From Eledone cirrhosa (Eukaryota), in the NCBI GenBank assembly GCA_964016885.1, contig OZ024741.1, positions 53,878,001-53,942,000 on the forward strand: 64,000 bases of DNA, written 5' to 3'. The position numbers and the translations under genes are program-made. Under the pieces are notes generated by a model, which had not been told where the DNA came from, did not search any database, and worked only from the letters and a program-made list of their open reading frames with translations. This document shows, piece after piece, positions 1 to 15,224 of the stretch. Position 1 is the first letter of the stretch. The number at the start of each line of letters is the position of its first letter.

Positions 1-740
1 CGTCGCTTGCGAAAGAGAAGGGAGGGAGAGAGACACATTTAAAGAAGGGAGGGAGAGAGACAATCTTCTCTCTGCTGTAGTGATGATTGAGGAAGAAGAA
101 GACGGAATGAGTGGGAGTGACCTATGAAATTTCTGTTTCGTAGCCATGTTGTTTTTTTTTTGTTTAAAATAAATATTGGGTACAAAACCCCAATAAGCAG
201 TTATTTAACCCCGAAGGGCCAAATAACGGGCAGAAAGACCCCTCTCACGAGGAGGAGGGTGTTTTTGTCTACAAGTTCGTTAAAGTTTTAAACAATTTAC
301 AATTGTTATAGTGTTCAAAATTTACAATACCTTACAGAGCCGAGCCTCCGTCAACCATAGCATTCAATAATAATAATAATAATAATAATAAAACAAAACA
401 CTTGCGAGTGAGACAATGACAGTTTATGTTTTGTTACTTAGTTTGACGCAAGCGCAAGCATAGCTATGTAGATTTGTCAGGATAATCATTTCCGATGATT
501 AAGAACTTAGAGATGTCACAGATAATTTTGGAGCTCGTCTTTAATGAGAATGCAATTATTGAATTAGTACTTGTTGAATTGCAAAAACACCCACATGCAT
601 ATACATGCATTGATATAGTGAGAAAGGAAAATCATGTCTATCTATACCTATTTATCTATCTATCTACCTACCAACCTACCTACCTATCTATCTCTCTCTA
701 TCTCGCACTCTCTCTCACTTTCTCTCTCTCTCTCTCTCTC

Positions 741-782
<42 letters not shown>

Positions 783-914
783 TGTGTGTGCCTGTGTGTA
801 TGTTCATGTTAAAATAGGCATTCAAAATACCTTAGTACTTAGAACATTCAAACATTAACCGAAGGAGCATTCAATGCATGTAAGGAGATTGTACAATTTA
901 CTTGTTTCTGGGTA

Positions 915-967
<53 letters not shown>

Positions 968-1019
968 CGTGTGTGTGTGTGTATGTATGTATGTATGTAT
1001 GTATGTATGTATGTATGTA

Positions 1020-1110
<91 letters not shown>

Positions 1111-1116
<6 letters not shown>

Positions 1117-1245
1117 GGTAAACAGAAATTTAAAAAATAACAAAACAAATGGCCTAGTATTTTGTAAAAATATATTAGTTGATCACTTGAAATAGCAAGA
1201 GAGCCTTACCGTTTCGGACATTAGTAATTTATCAGATGATAGAGT
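1111..1245 (-). mobile_element. PLE terminal (pseudo-LTR) fragment with decayed minimal hammerhead; same family as 39250, 48890 and 53560 copies
   Basis: Aligns by eye with 53561-53670 (aaaaggtaaacagaaat...aatagca...cttaccgtttcggac). Minus strand reads CTGATAA...gtcc-GAAA-cggta. Abuts a (TG)n tract. Confidence 0.5.
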
Positions 1246-2221
1246 TAGAAATAGAAGATAAAGAGAAAGTAAATAATGATAAGAGAAAGGAACGGAGAAA
1301 TGAGAAAATAATTGGGGAGAAAAAAAGTACGTGCGTATTCAGTCAGCCATATATATTTAACACTGCAAACCATACAGTACCATGTAGATATATATTAGTT
1401 TAACGCTTCATATAGTAGGAAAAGGGTAATAATATTTCGGACGATGACTAAGGGCATGTATATGTATACATGTATTCGCACATACATACACGTACAAGCA
1501 TCTAAATGTGCAGATGCAGTGGAGGGGGAGCAAGTGGTGTAGGTAGTGTTTGAATAATCGTAGATGCTGATGCATGAGTATATCATGTAACGGCATGTGT
1601 GTGCGTGTACATGCTTGTTGTGTGCATGGAAGGATAAATATTGTCCATGGTGGGATCGATGGGTCCAGCACGGTAGACATGCATGTGCGTGTGTAGAAAT
1701 TTGAAGTTTAAGTGAATGCAGAAGTATATACATGTTAGTTGTTATATCCAAGTGTAGTGAATATGTGTGTATTGGAATGCTGGTTAGAGACTTGTGTGTG
1801 TATACATGTGAATATATATAAATATATGAGTGTGTGTGTGCACGTGTGCGTATGTGCGCGTGCGCGTGTGTGTATGCATGCGTGTGTTTGTGTGTGCGTG
1901 CGTGTGTTTGTGTGTGAGCAAGAATAAAGGTAGGTTATAGAAACTGTGGAGAAGAGTTAAAGCCAATTGGGAAAGTTCTGATCGTTCCCGGTAGCAGTGA
2001 CTGGGGAACGTTGTGTAAAATGATGCCTGTTGATATAAAGAGGTATTTAGGAGATTGGTTGAAGGAACGGAAATGACGGGCGGTGAGAGTGTATTTTCCA
2101 AGTTGTATGTCTATCAGATGTGTTGCAAATCAGTCCGCTAGATGGCGGTCTGTTTGAACTGTGTACAGAGAGATTATCGGAGGGCATAGATAACGTTGAT
2201 GGAGATACTGGTGAATTAGTG

Positions 2222-2285
<64 letters not shown>

Positions 2286-2449
2286 GGAGTTTGAAATGTG
2301 GGAGGCAGCACGTGTGTGTGACTTGGTCGTTTACCTTCTCCTCTTTAGTTTGGAGAACATTGCTAAAATGCCAAGGAAGTTAAAGATTATCACACACACA
2401 CATATCGATTATCAAGATCCCAGATCTCACTTATTTACCGAATCGAATG

Positions 2450-2646
2450 GAATTCGTCATATCAGACCAAGGAGACAATGATTCAATTGATCTTTCCATT
2501 GGTGATACTATCTACCGATTGCTTCTTCTGGCAGAAACAACATGAAATAACGTGTTTTGCTGAAGGGCATAATGCATAACCCTGTCCCGGAATCTAACTC
2601 ACAACCTCACGATTTTGAATTCAATTCTCTTACATCTAATCCACAC
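2450..2646 (-). mobile_element. tRNA-derived SINE family 2, diverged copy
   Basis: Similar to 28485-28697 and 34805-35005 (tgaaataa-gtgt-ttgct-aagg-cataa core; decayed B-box region). Confidence 0.6.
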
Positions 2647-2654
2647 ACACGAAT

Positions 2655-2731
<77 letters not shown>

Positions 2732-3409
2732 TTTCTTATAATCTTTTACATCCTTGATATTTTGTCGCCACTTTCTAAACTAAAGGAAAACGACCGATAC
2801 ACAGGCCCGTGCTAACTCCCACACTTCAAACTGCTCCTTGTGCTACAATAACAACAACTACCATGACAACAATAACAAATACAGTAGCAATGACAACTAC
2901 ATCGACAACAACAAGTAGAAGTAGCTCGTCAGAAACCTGTTAATATAGTCGTTTCTGCTTTCATGTGTTTGAATGACGTGAGAGGAAATTGCACGCTGTC
3001 GTGATTACATCAATTGAAATACAGTTGAAAAATCGAATACATGCAAAACAACAACAAAATCGACCACAGCAACAAAGACAACAACCATAATAATAACAGC
3101 TACAACAAGATCAACCAGAACATGGTGAACAATAATATTAACAAAAACTACAACAGTAGCAGAAAAAGCAATTATTGAATGAAACTCTATGAAGATATTT
3201 GACCTGACGTCTAAGTATTCTCTTAAATCAAGGGTTTCAAATTCAACGATTCGAAAGGACTATTACGCTCCGGGGAAGAAGCACAGTGGACAACAAGGGA
3301 GATGGAGGCGTGACTTCCACTAGTTATGATGCCAACCTGCAATGAAGCTGATAGGCATATGGCAGTAAGTTGGATATGTGAATACGTACAAAATGTAGGA
3401 CACATTTTC

Positions 3410-3840
3410 CTTTGTTCTGTCGCAAGCCGTGCGTTTGAGAACCCTACCTTAAATCACAATCTACTTTCTTAACAAAAAAGGACACATTGGATACACAGTC
3501 TTTGAGTAATATAGACGAAACGGGACGTTTTTAAAACTGGTTAGGCCTATTAGGGCTAACCTGAGGCTAAACAACAACAAAATTATCATTGTCAAGAACA
3601 GCTGTAGCATCAGTATATGAAGAGCAATAAGAAAACGCCAACGAGGAAGTCTCTAGTTGGTGGCACGACCTGCAGGTAATGGCAGCGAGATTTTCCCTAA
3701 CTACAGCATTGTTTCATGAATAAGGAAGGTGACTCTGAATAATGTTCTCGTTGATATACAAAGCGATGGGATGGACACAGGTAGAGCAGCTTTATTAGTA
3801 TGCCTGCTCAATCAGTGCAGATACTGGAGCTAAACCACAA
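3410..3840 (+). mobile_element. Two decayed tandem copies of a SINE-like repeat ending in gctaaacaacaac
   Basis: 3410-3580 and 3645-3840 share internal motifs and both end in ctg-rg-gctaaac(a/c)acaac followed by (CAA)n-rich sequence. Confidence 0.4.
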
Positions 3841-4520
3841 CAGCAACAATAGCAGTAGCAGCAAAAACAACAACGGCAACGACAAAATCAGCAGCAATGA
3901 TAATAAAAACAGTATCCACAAAACGACAACAACAAAATTACAGAAACAACAACAAAACAACAGCAACAACAACAATAAAACACCAGCAACAATAACAATA
4001 ACATTATCAGCAAAAGCTATTCTGAACAAGATCAACAACAACAATCTTAAGGATAAAATTCTAATGGTTTGATTGTCATGCAAGACCACATAAATGAATT
4101 ATACTCATATTATTTCTACAATTTAAACTCTTACTGCAATTTATTCAATATTAATCAGAATGTTAATGGTGGGAGGAGAGGTGATGAGGAGGCTAGTGGG
4201 TCTGACAGATTTGTCAATCGGTCGAAAAATGGCGATGTATTAATACATTTAGTAGAGCGTTCGACAAAATGGCAGTATATTGAGAGATTTCGTATATTGG
4301 TGGACAACAGCATTAAATTGACAGATTAAATAGGGCGTTAGTTAGAATGGCAGTAGATAGGTTTAATTGGTAGAACCTCCGTCAAAATGACACGGAAATG
4401 GCAGAAACGGAACAGTGGTTGTCAAAATGGCATGAAAACTTTGGGTTGACAAACTTAATAGAGCGTCAACTACTTGGGGTATTGGAACATTTATAAAATA
4501 ATTAGAATGTTGAACAAATA

Positions 4521-4700
4521 ATAATTGTTCCTTCTTTTGACACAAGGCCAGCAATTAACCAGTACATTACTCGTACTTTATTTTATCAACCCTGTAGGGA
4601 TGAAAAGCAAAGTTAACCTCGGCGGGATTTGAACTAAGACCGTAAAAGGACGTAACTATGGTGGGAAGCAGGACGTCTGACTCTACCAATACTGCCAATC
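4521..4700 (-). mobile_element. tRNA-derived SINE family 1 (MetaSINE-like central domain) with TSD caaataataat
   Basis: Reverse complement of the ~190-bp consensus seen at 18818. caaataataat lies at both ends (4515 and 4700). Confidence 0.85.
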
Positions 4701-5246
4701 AAATAATAATGCAGTGTTGAGTAATATCGATTTATGCTCAGATTTCGAATTTCACAATGTTCAAATTTCACTTCAGTCTTTCCGCGATATTTAAAAGAAA
4801 ATTCCTATGGAAAATTTTCTTTTCCTGCTCCTTCCGCAGGGTATTGCCTGAAGCAATTGCCTTCAATTGACCGGATAGATGCCCAAGAAAGTTCAACTGA
4901 CTTCATCGATGTTAACAAACCTACTTACAAGTGGTCTAGCTCTGGGCCAACTGCAGGCTGACTATTCCTTCCCTTTCACTATTATGCAAGTCGTCGTACC
5001 AATGTTACAAAGACTATTAACTGATGGAAGTAACACTTGGTCAGGGTCAGTTGAAGTTGGGGAAATTCCTGGAAGAGTTAGCCAAGAAACAATATGGCAG
5101 TATTAACAGGTGGTCTAAAGCAAGTTTTGGAAATCATTTAAAAATAAGATATGGCGAGAAGAAAAAGAAGAAGAAGAAGTAGAGCAACAACAACAACAAC
5201 AACAACAACAACAAAACGTGTAAAATAGTGGGAACGAAGACAAACG

Positions 5247-5331
<85 letters not shown>

Positions 5332-5424
5332 TTATATAACGAAGGAGTTTTGGTAAGGAACCAGATGGACCATAATGCACCAGAGTACTCAATACTTAGG
5401 GTAGTAGAGTGGGCAATAGGAAAA

Positions 5425-5533
5425 TTTATGACCCCCGACGGCAGAGCTCAACCCGTTTCGACGGCTATTTCTGGACTAAATTAGAATTTTTAGCGTGGTA
5501 AATAAATAGCCGAACTTTTCAGGGGTAATCCTC
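5425..5533 (-). ncRNA. Type I hammerhead ribozyme, degenerate core (CTGAAAA)
   Basis: Minus strand: taccc-CTGAAAA-gttcggctattt..(long loop)..aaatagccgtc-GAAA-cgg..gagctc..ccg-TC-gggg. Stems I-III can be paired; G8 is mutated to A. The inverted copy at 6841-6945 is further decayed. Confidence 0.55.
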
Positions 5534-6369
5534 ATATGGGAAGATTGTAGTTGTCAAGAGGATTGGTCAACATTTCTTGTAAACACAATTAAGTCTATCA
5601 TGGCAGTGGGTGGGAGGTGGGCGTGGCTGAACTTGCCTGTTGAACAATGAGGGAGTGGGTGGAGCGGGTCAATCGTTGAAAGTGAAAACTATGCAGCAAA
5701 TTCTAAACATTGTGTATGAAACTAGGCCAGATGAAGTAGGCGAAAAAGGATTCTGGAGAAAATAGAGAAGGGACGTATATAATAGGTAAATCAATTGAGA
5801 TTAGAAGATAATAAATAAATAAGAGAAAAATATATAAAAATATAAAATTGGATAGTAAGAAGTGATAAAAAAAACTGTAGAGTCTAAAACAGCTGCTATA
5901 TTTAGTTAGTGTTGCGTTTTCGGCTAATAGGTTAATAGGAATAGGTTAATAAGTTGAGAATAGAAGATACTAAATAAATTAAAATGTTTGAAATTATAGA
6001 ATTGGGTAGTAAAAAGTAATACAAAATCTCTGGTAAAAAGTAATACAAAACAGCTGCTATAATTAGTTTGTATTGCGTTTCGGCCAATGCTATCTTTAAT
6101 TTATGGGGTGGGGGTACTGAGGCTACAAAGGCCCAATGGGCTGCCTCGGGGTAGGCGAAAGGGGGACAAATAAGGGGAAAGGGATAAGGAGTGGGAGGAA
6201 GTGATAGGAAGAGACAAAGGGAAGAAGAACACAGAAAGGAATAGAAAAGAGGTTCATCTACCTATGTAAGCTGGAGTTTCCCCTAACTTGTTCGGCAAGT
6301 GGGATGTTGCAGCCATTGTCTACCCACCGGGTCATTAGGGGGTTTGAGGGCGAAGTAAGTCCTACACAA

Positions 6370-6525
6370 TCGGTTTTTGGATGCAGTTACCAGTTCATAT
6401 TTTTTGTTTAGGAGTTGGTCCCTCGTAAACAGCATTTGTAATGTTTCCTCCGAGCATAAGTTACACGGACGGCGTCCTCCCGTGTAGGAGTTAGCCCCGG
6501 ACAGTTAGCTCCAAGTAAGATTATA
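6370..6525 (-). pseudogene. PLE GIY-YIG endonuclease C-terminal fragment
   Basis: Hand translation YNLTWS*LSGANSYTGGRRPCNLCSEETLQMLFTRDQLLNKKYELVTASKNR matches the PLE pattern W.I...Y.....CNLC..E...I......LLNKR.EL. Confidence 0.75.
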
Positions 6526-6987
6526 AGCATTTCCGTTATGTCAGACTTTATTACGAAGTTATTTAAACGACTTCTTAAAACAGCCTTTTAGGCTATATGT
6601 CCCTTCTCTATTTTCAACGGAATTATTTTTCGCCTACTTCCTCTGGCCTAGTTTCATACACAATCTTTAGAATTTGCTGTATAGATTTCACTTTCAACGC
6701 TTGACCAGCTCAAACCACACCCTCATTGTTCTACAGGCAAGTTCAGCCAGCCCCACCTCCCACCCACTGCCATGATAGACTTAATTGTGTTTACAAGAAA
6801 TGTTGACCAATCGTCTTGACAACTACAATCTTCCCATATAAGGAATTACCCCTTGTAAAGTTAGGCTATTTATGTACCACGCTAAAAATTCTAATTTAGT
6901 ACAGAAATAGCCGTCGAAACGGCTTGAGCTCTGCCGTCGGGGTCATACATTTCCCTATATTTCATATATTTTTATATCTGTATATCT

Positions 6988-7175
6988 GTTTGACCCGAAA
7001 TAGGAGATCGAATCTTCGCTGTGTGGATAATTAGTTTAACCACCATCTCAGTGTGTTTGGCCTTTAACGTAAGTTGTAAGCTCTAATTCATTTGAATTAT
7101 AGAGTGCTTGCCTCACAATTCGAAAGTGTTTTCTCGTTATTTCATGGGCTGAAATTCGATTCTCGCTAATTTTTA

Positions 7176-7178
<3 letters not shown>
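6988..7178 (+). ncRNA. Unassigned conserved structured motif, copy A, in a (TA)n-flanked element end
   Basis: Homologous to 45802-45998, 31014-31090 and 53340-53414 with conserved stems and variable loops. Confidence 0.5.
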
Positions 7179-7232
<54 letters not shown>

Positions 7233-7399
7233 GGAGGTTAGTTTTCATAATTCCCTTTATGATGCAATTTGATGTTTCGCTGTTATAAGCATTTCCGTTA
7301 TGTCAGACTTTATTACGAAATTATCTAAACGACGTCTTCAGACAGCCTTTTAGGTTATAATTTCGGATATAATCCATTATTTAGACAATATAGCCTATC

Positions 7400-9589
<2,190 letters not shown>

Positions 9590-10087
9590 ATTTTTTGCGA
9601 GTGTGTGTATGTGTATATCAGTATGAGTTTGGGTGTATATATTGTGTGCGCAATATAATATCTGTACCGCTTTGTTAATATGGTTCTATGTATATATGTC
9701 AGTCCGACTTTTGGGATGCCAAGCTTTATAGTTACCTTTCTACCCCCCCCCCCCTCATCATAAACACAATGTCTCTCTTTATGTCTGTTCCTCTTTCTCT
9801 CCTCTCCTCCTCACCCCATTTCTCATCCCTCTCGATCTCCCTCTCCATCATTGTTTGTGTGTGTGATCAACTTTTCTGTCACAACTACATACATAGAGTG
9901 AAAGAGAGAACGAAACGGATTGACAGAGATGTAAAGAACGAGAGTAATATCAACGAGAGTAATATCAATACATCAGCCTTAGTCTTTATATCTGCATATG
10001 CATCGATTTTTCCAACCATTCTAATCACATACAGCCATCTGTCTCTCTATTCTATCTCCCTCTCCCTCAGTATATATATATACACAG

Positions 10088-10148
<61 letters not shown>

Positions 10149-10877
10149 CATACACACGACGTACGCACACACATACATGCGTCTTTTGGAATTTAATCAT
10201 TATCTGGGGGGAATCGTCTAATTTACGTCATCGTTACACATTTAATGCAGCTGAATGCGAAGAATTATCTCTTACTGATGAAAACCTATTTACTATAAAT
10301 TTGTCCGTACTCACCCTATATATATATATATATGTGTGTGGGGGTATGTATGTATGTGTGTATGTATGTGTGTATGTGTGTATGTGTTTGTGTTAAGTAA
10401 GTGCTCAACTAAAGCTACAGGTATTTGGCCGTTCAGAGCACTCGATATTGTTACAATGGTTCGTCTCATGTTCGGTTATAGTCCAAGGTTAGAGCAGCTG
10501 TAAGCTGTAGAGTGTAAATAAAGTAAGCCTGTTCGAGTTCAATGTTACATCATATATGTGAATTTTATTGGCATATTACAATCGTTTCAATATAGTTTAG
10601 CTCAAGTAACACTCATGACTGGAACCCGATATGTCTCCACATCCCATCAGTTTGAATGTGGTTTTGCATATATAAACTCGCATATCTATTTACTTTGATG
10701 TCCCGACGTCGCTGAGTAATCGCTGTATTTGAACATTATGAGAAATCTCAGCTCATCAGAGAACTTCTGAATCAAGACAAATTCTTTGTCCACCTACTGT
10801 CACACTTCTGTTGACCGTCGATCATGAGATAATTCTTCCGTTCGAAATTGTCCCTGGTAGCGGTTCAAGCATCTTGG

Positions 10878-11085
10878 GTGAAGTTCAAGCATCTTGGGAC
10901 CATGTTCACGAGTGATGGAAGATAGGAGGTTGAATTAAGTTCAAGAATAGCAGGAGCTGGTGCAGTAATGCTCCAGCATCAGCATTCGGAAATCAAAAGA
11001 AGGGAGAAATGTATAAAAGCCAAAGTCGCTATCTTCAATTCGGTATCCCTGCCAAAACTTTCACATGGACAGGAATCTATTTGGA
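10878..11085 (+). pseudogene. RTE-type LINE reverse transcriptase C-terminal fragment
   Basis: KFKHLGTMFTSDGR*EVELSSRIAGAGAVM...KAKVAIFNSVSLPKLSHGQES matches FKYLG...RI..A...K..IF..I..P.L.YG.E of RTE RTs. Confidence 0.65.
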
Positions 11086-11454
11086 ATAGCTATTCCATAG
11101 TGCCCTCTCCATCACTATCCCCGGGACAAGATTTTTTCCATTCTGTCCGCATCACTGTGGTGGCTATCTTGAGTTGTACTAATTTTGAAAGAGTGACACA
11201 GGCATCTCAAACCGGAGTGAAACATTGTCATTTTCTGTTATTCTTTTACCCTGTTATTCCTTGTTTTAATACGCTTGCATGTGTTCGGAATTTATTTTGT
11301 TAGTGACGACTGCTACAGCACCTTCTATAGATCACACGATATAAGACTTGTAAACAAACTTCTTGTTTACCTCAGATATTGAGGTAAATGTCCACGCATT
11401 CGGAAAATCTATTTGCAAAATAATCCAAAGAATAGAATTGTTGTCGTTGCTTTG

Positions 11455-11570
11455 GCTGTTGTTGTTGCAGTTGTTGTTGTTGAAGAAGAAGAAGAAGAAG
11501 AAAGAAGAAGAAGAAGAAGAAGAAGAAGAAGAAGAAGAAGAAGAAGAAGAAGAAGAAGAAGAAGAAGAAG
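11455..11570. repeat. (GTT)n(GAA)n trinucleotide microsatellite
   Basis: Directly visible; explains the poly-L/K/E/R/F ORFs. Confidence 0.9.
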
Positions 11571-12169
11571 ATCATTATCAGATTATTCTTTCTGTATATA
11601 TTAAATGTGATAGGATGTAATACGATGAACCTGTATTTGGATACATTGTAAGACACAATTATCAAATATGGCTGTTAGTTTATTTTAAACTTAAAAATTT
11701 GTGATAGGATGTAGATTTACTTGCATTTCTAGCTCGTATATCTACCTCAGATACGTTCACGTATTTCATTAGATATAATGTACGTAAGGTATCATTCTGA
11801 ATATTTTAAACGCGATAGGAAACTTTAGATGGTATTTCACACTGGTATAATTGGCTTAGTGTCTATCACATCACTTTATTAAACCAACACCCATCAAAAC
11901 GTAGTCTATAGACATTGCAAGTGTAAGTTTACACTGTTGTTTAAGAGAGGAAGAAAGATGCATTAATATAGCTAAAGATTCATTTTAAGGAAGGGTTGGA
12001 TGTAATGTCGTTATCGTGAGAGGCCATTATCGGGAAGATGATATTAATTATGTTAAGTTGCAGCCGTCAAACTCATTGACATCAAACATACTGTGAGGAA
12101 CATTAAAAACGCTTGGCTTTCTACCAATTGCTCCTCCGAGTGAATAACAATAAAGATATATATGTATAG

Positions 12170-12302
<133 letters not shown>

Positions 12303-12523
12303 CTGTGTGTGTGTATGTGTGTGTGTCTGTGTGTGTGTGTGTATGTGTGCATGTGTGTGTATATGTGTGTGTGTGGATGTGCACGCGATTGCATGTGTTG
12401 AACAATGAAAAGAAACAGAGAAGCTTAGTGCTTAGCAGGTAATTGTTTACGATCGTTTCAGAAGGTTGGTTGAACAGGGTTATAAAACTCCATATTATTA
12501 GTCTCAAAATTCCAGATCCATCT

Positions 12524-12555
<32 letters not shown>

Positions 12556-12558
12556 CAC

Positions 12559-12616
<58 letters not shown>

Positions 12617-13160
12617 ACAATGTAAATATTTAATATTGATCAACGTATATGTATATAGTTATACTTGTATGTATATGAATATAAGTTACGATTTCTTCTA
12701 GACGAAAAATGTTTCATTCGCATGAAAATACCAGTACTGTCCTTATCTTTTCATACGTACGAAGCAGTTGTAGTCCTGTAAATGTCAATTCTATATACTA
12801 CATATATGCATCTTCTTCGCGAATGTATTGAGCACTATATTTAACTATGCCTTTTTCCCAATCCCCTTGATAGGTTTACAAATACACACACAAACACATT
12901 TATAGATACATACATAGAAATATATGCATAGAAATAGGTATATATATATATATATATATCGTTTCTGAATATGTTTAGCAACATTCTTTATATGAAAACG
13001 TTTGTTGAAACCGATATTGTTATACTTTGGGCGGGTCATGTTGCCAATAAGAAACACATGCACCAGTTGCTTTCACTCCAATTTATTATAAATTAAATTA
13101 TAAATTTAAAAATTTCCGGTTGATTGGTTGGTTCCACAACCGGACGGTTGTTCATATATT

Positions 13161-13203
13161 GTCAACGTTCTTTCGTCACACATTCTGTGACCTCTTCAGT
13201 GAC
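13161..13203 (-). ncRNA. Minimal type I hammerhead in the inverted pseudo-LTR
   Basis: gtca-CTGAAGA-ggtcaca-gaatg-tgtgac-GAAA-gaacgt-tgac; the position equivalent to U16.1 is mutated relative to the right copy. Confidence 0.55.
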
Positions 13204-13356
13204 TGGGGATTATTTTCTTTGTTTTGTGCCTCCCTTTTGTTCTGTCCTACGCCATCTTGTTTTTGTGTGTGTTGTGTGCTTAGTTTGCACATGTGTTACA
13301 TCCGGGTGTCTGTGTATGTGTTTTTAGTTGTTTATTTATTTGTTTATTTACATGTT

Positions 13357-14995
13357 ACTGACAAGTCTGGCAGAATGTCGGTTGACAGTCTGTCAAACTA
13401 CATCCGGGCAATGCAACCCCACGTCACTAACACAAGAGAAGTAACACCACAAGAGCATGAGGCTCATGTGATGATGTGGACAAACATAATGCAGCCCAAT
13501 AAACGGAGTGCCAACAACTTCCAGGCCTGGAACAATGACGTGCCAGCGTTGTATGGCTTCGAAAAGACCGTAAGACGAACATTGACCCAGTCACAGGACC
13601 ACCAAAATGGCCAGTCTGTGGAGCTAACATTGCTAGTAACTAATGTTTGTGTATGCGGTGGGGCCCAGTATAAAACTAACCCTTAAGGAACATATGTTCA
13701 AATTTAATGGAAAAACATATGCCCAAGAGGAGGGAGCAGTCATTGGTGTTAGCATTGCAGGTGACATAGCTAACCTATTCATGGTATGGTAGGACAATAA
13801 ACTTAAAGAACAATTAGAAGACAGCAGCAACCTCTTAACCCTGATAATGTACTCTCGCTACGTTGATGTTATAAACATCGTAGTAAAACACCACCACTAG
13901 AGAACAGTCATGAATTAGAGAAAAACACCATGGAAAGCATCCAGCAAATAGCTACCTCCATCCACCAGAGTATTAGAGTTACTATAGACTACCCAAGCAA
14001 ACATCCCAACCATCGATTACCTGTACTAGACACAGAACTCTGGTTAAAAACCATTAATAACAAAAAAACAAATCCTCCATTCACATTATGCCAAACCCAT
14101 GACTTCCGAATATCTGATCCACCGAAACTCAGCTGTTTCGGATCACAGCAAAATCAACATACTGATTGCGGATTTAGTACGGGTGATGAGAAAGGTGTCC
14201 CACATGTGCAACCCCAAAGAACTAGAGAGACACATACAACAATTCATCCACCGTATGCAGTTATCTGGTTACAATCAGAGAGATAAAATGAGAGTATATA
14301 GAGGAGCCAGAACCAAATGGAAAAAAAAATGTTAAATAATGATACAAATGGGACCTCCTCCTTTTATAGGAGCAAATTTTGGAATAGAATAGAAAGAACT
14401 AGGAATAAGGTTAATAGAATAAACTCATGGTATGATAGCAATAAATACCAGAGTGTAATGTTCATCAATACAAACCCTAGAGGTGGATTAGCTTACAAAT
14501 TTAGAAGGGCCCTAGATAAACTTAAACTAAATATTAAGACAGTAGAAAGACCTGGTACATCCATAAAAACAATTATTAGTAATACATACCCTTTTCAAAG
14601 ACCTCCCTGTATAGATAAGAAATGCACAATCTGTAAACTAAGCCCCCATATTAACTGTAAAACTAGAAACATAGTATATAGCATAAGATGTACTGAAGGA
14701 AAATGTAAAGATAAGAATATAGTGTGCATAGGTGAGACAGCTCGTATTATAGGAGAATGATTAAATAAACACTGGCGACAGCTTCAAGATAGAAAAGATT
14801 CATCAGTACTCCACCAACATGCTAAAATAAAACATAAGGGAAAATTAGAGAACATAGAAATAAAAATAAAATCTACACACAGAAAAGACGCAATGTTTAG
14901 ACAAATCACAGAGGCAATAAACATAAATGAACTCCAACCAAAATTAAATAGAAAACATGAATGGAATAGCAACATCACAACTTACAATTAAGGAC
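13357..14995 (+). pseudogene. PLE polyprotein (RT + thumb + Cys linker + GIY-YIG endonuclease), frameshifted and internally deleted
   Basis: TDKSG and PALYG motifs; FKFNGKTYAQEEGAVIG; YSRYVDV (decayed YVDD); DYPSKHPNHRLPVLD; PCIDKKCTIC; CKTRNIVYSIRC..CIGETAR; RQITEAI...LNRKHEWN. Several stops and frameshifts. Confidence 0.9.
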
Positions 14996-15181
14996 AAAAT
15001 GAAAACACACACACATAGAACAAACCAGAAACATGTAAATAAACAAATAAATAAACAAATAAAAACACACACAGACACCCGGATGTAACACATGCGCAAA
15101 CTAAGCAGACAACACACACAAAAACAAGATGGCGTAGGACAGAACAAAGGAGAGGCACAAAAACAAAGAAAAGAATACCCA

Positions 15182-15224
15182 GTCACTGAAGAGATCACAG
15201 AATGTGTGACGAAAGAACTTTGAC
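15182..15224 (+). ncRNA. Minimal type I hammerhead ribozyme in PLE pseudo-LTR
   Basis: gtca-CTGAAGA-g(a)tcaca/tgtgac-GAAA-gaac-TT-tgac: stem I gtca/tgac, intact core, 1-bp stem III as in PLE minimal HHRs. Confidence 0.75.

Larger units (their letters stand above)
5335..6957 (-). mobile_element. 5'-truncated Penelope-like retroelement with inverted pseudo-LTR
   Basis: 5417-5780 and 6595-6957 are ~360-bp inverted repeats. 6370-6525 (-) encodes a PLE endonuclease C-terminus. HHR-like fold in both repeats. The 3' end abuts (CA)n(TA)n. Confidence 0.8.

Noticed and set aside
2118-2210. Possible 93-bp exon (cag|ATGTG...ACTG|gtgaat; VLQISPLDGGLFELCTERLSEGIDNVDGDT)
   Set aside because: Weak polypyrimidine tract, no recognisable protein and no partner exons.
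4840-5110. Strong-looking acceptor (ttttcctgctccttccgcag) followed by unique sequence and a 75-aa ORF
   Set aside because: All frames stop before a good donor and I recognise no domain; it could be a UTR or lncRNA exon but needs RNA-seq.
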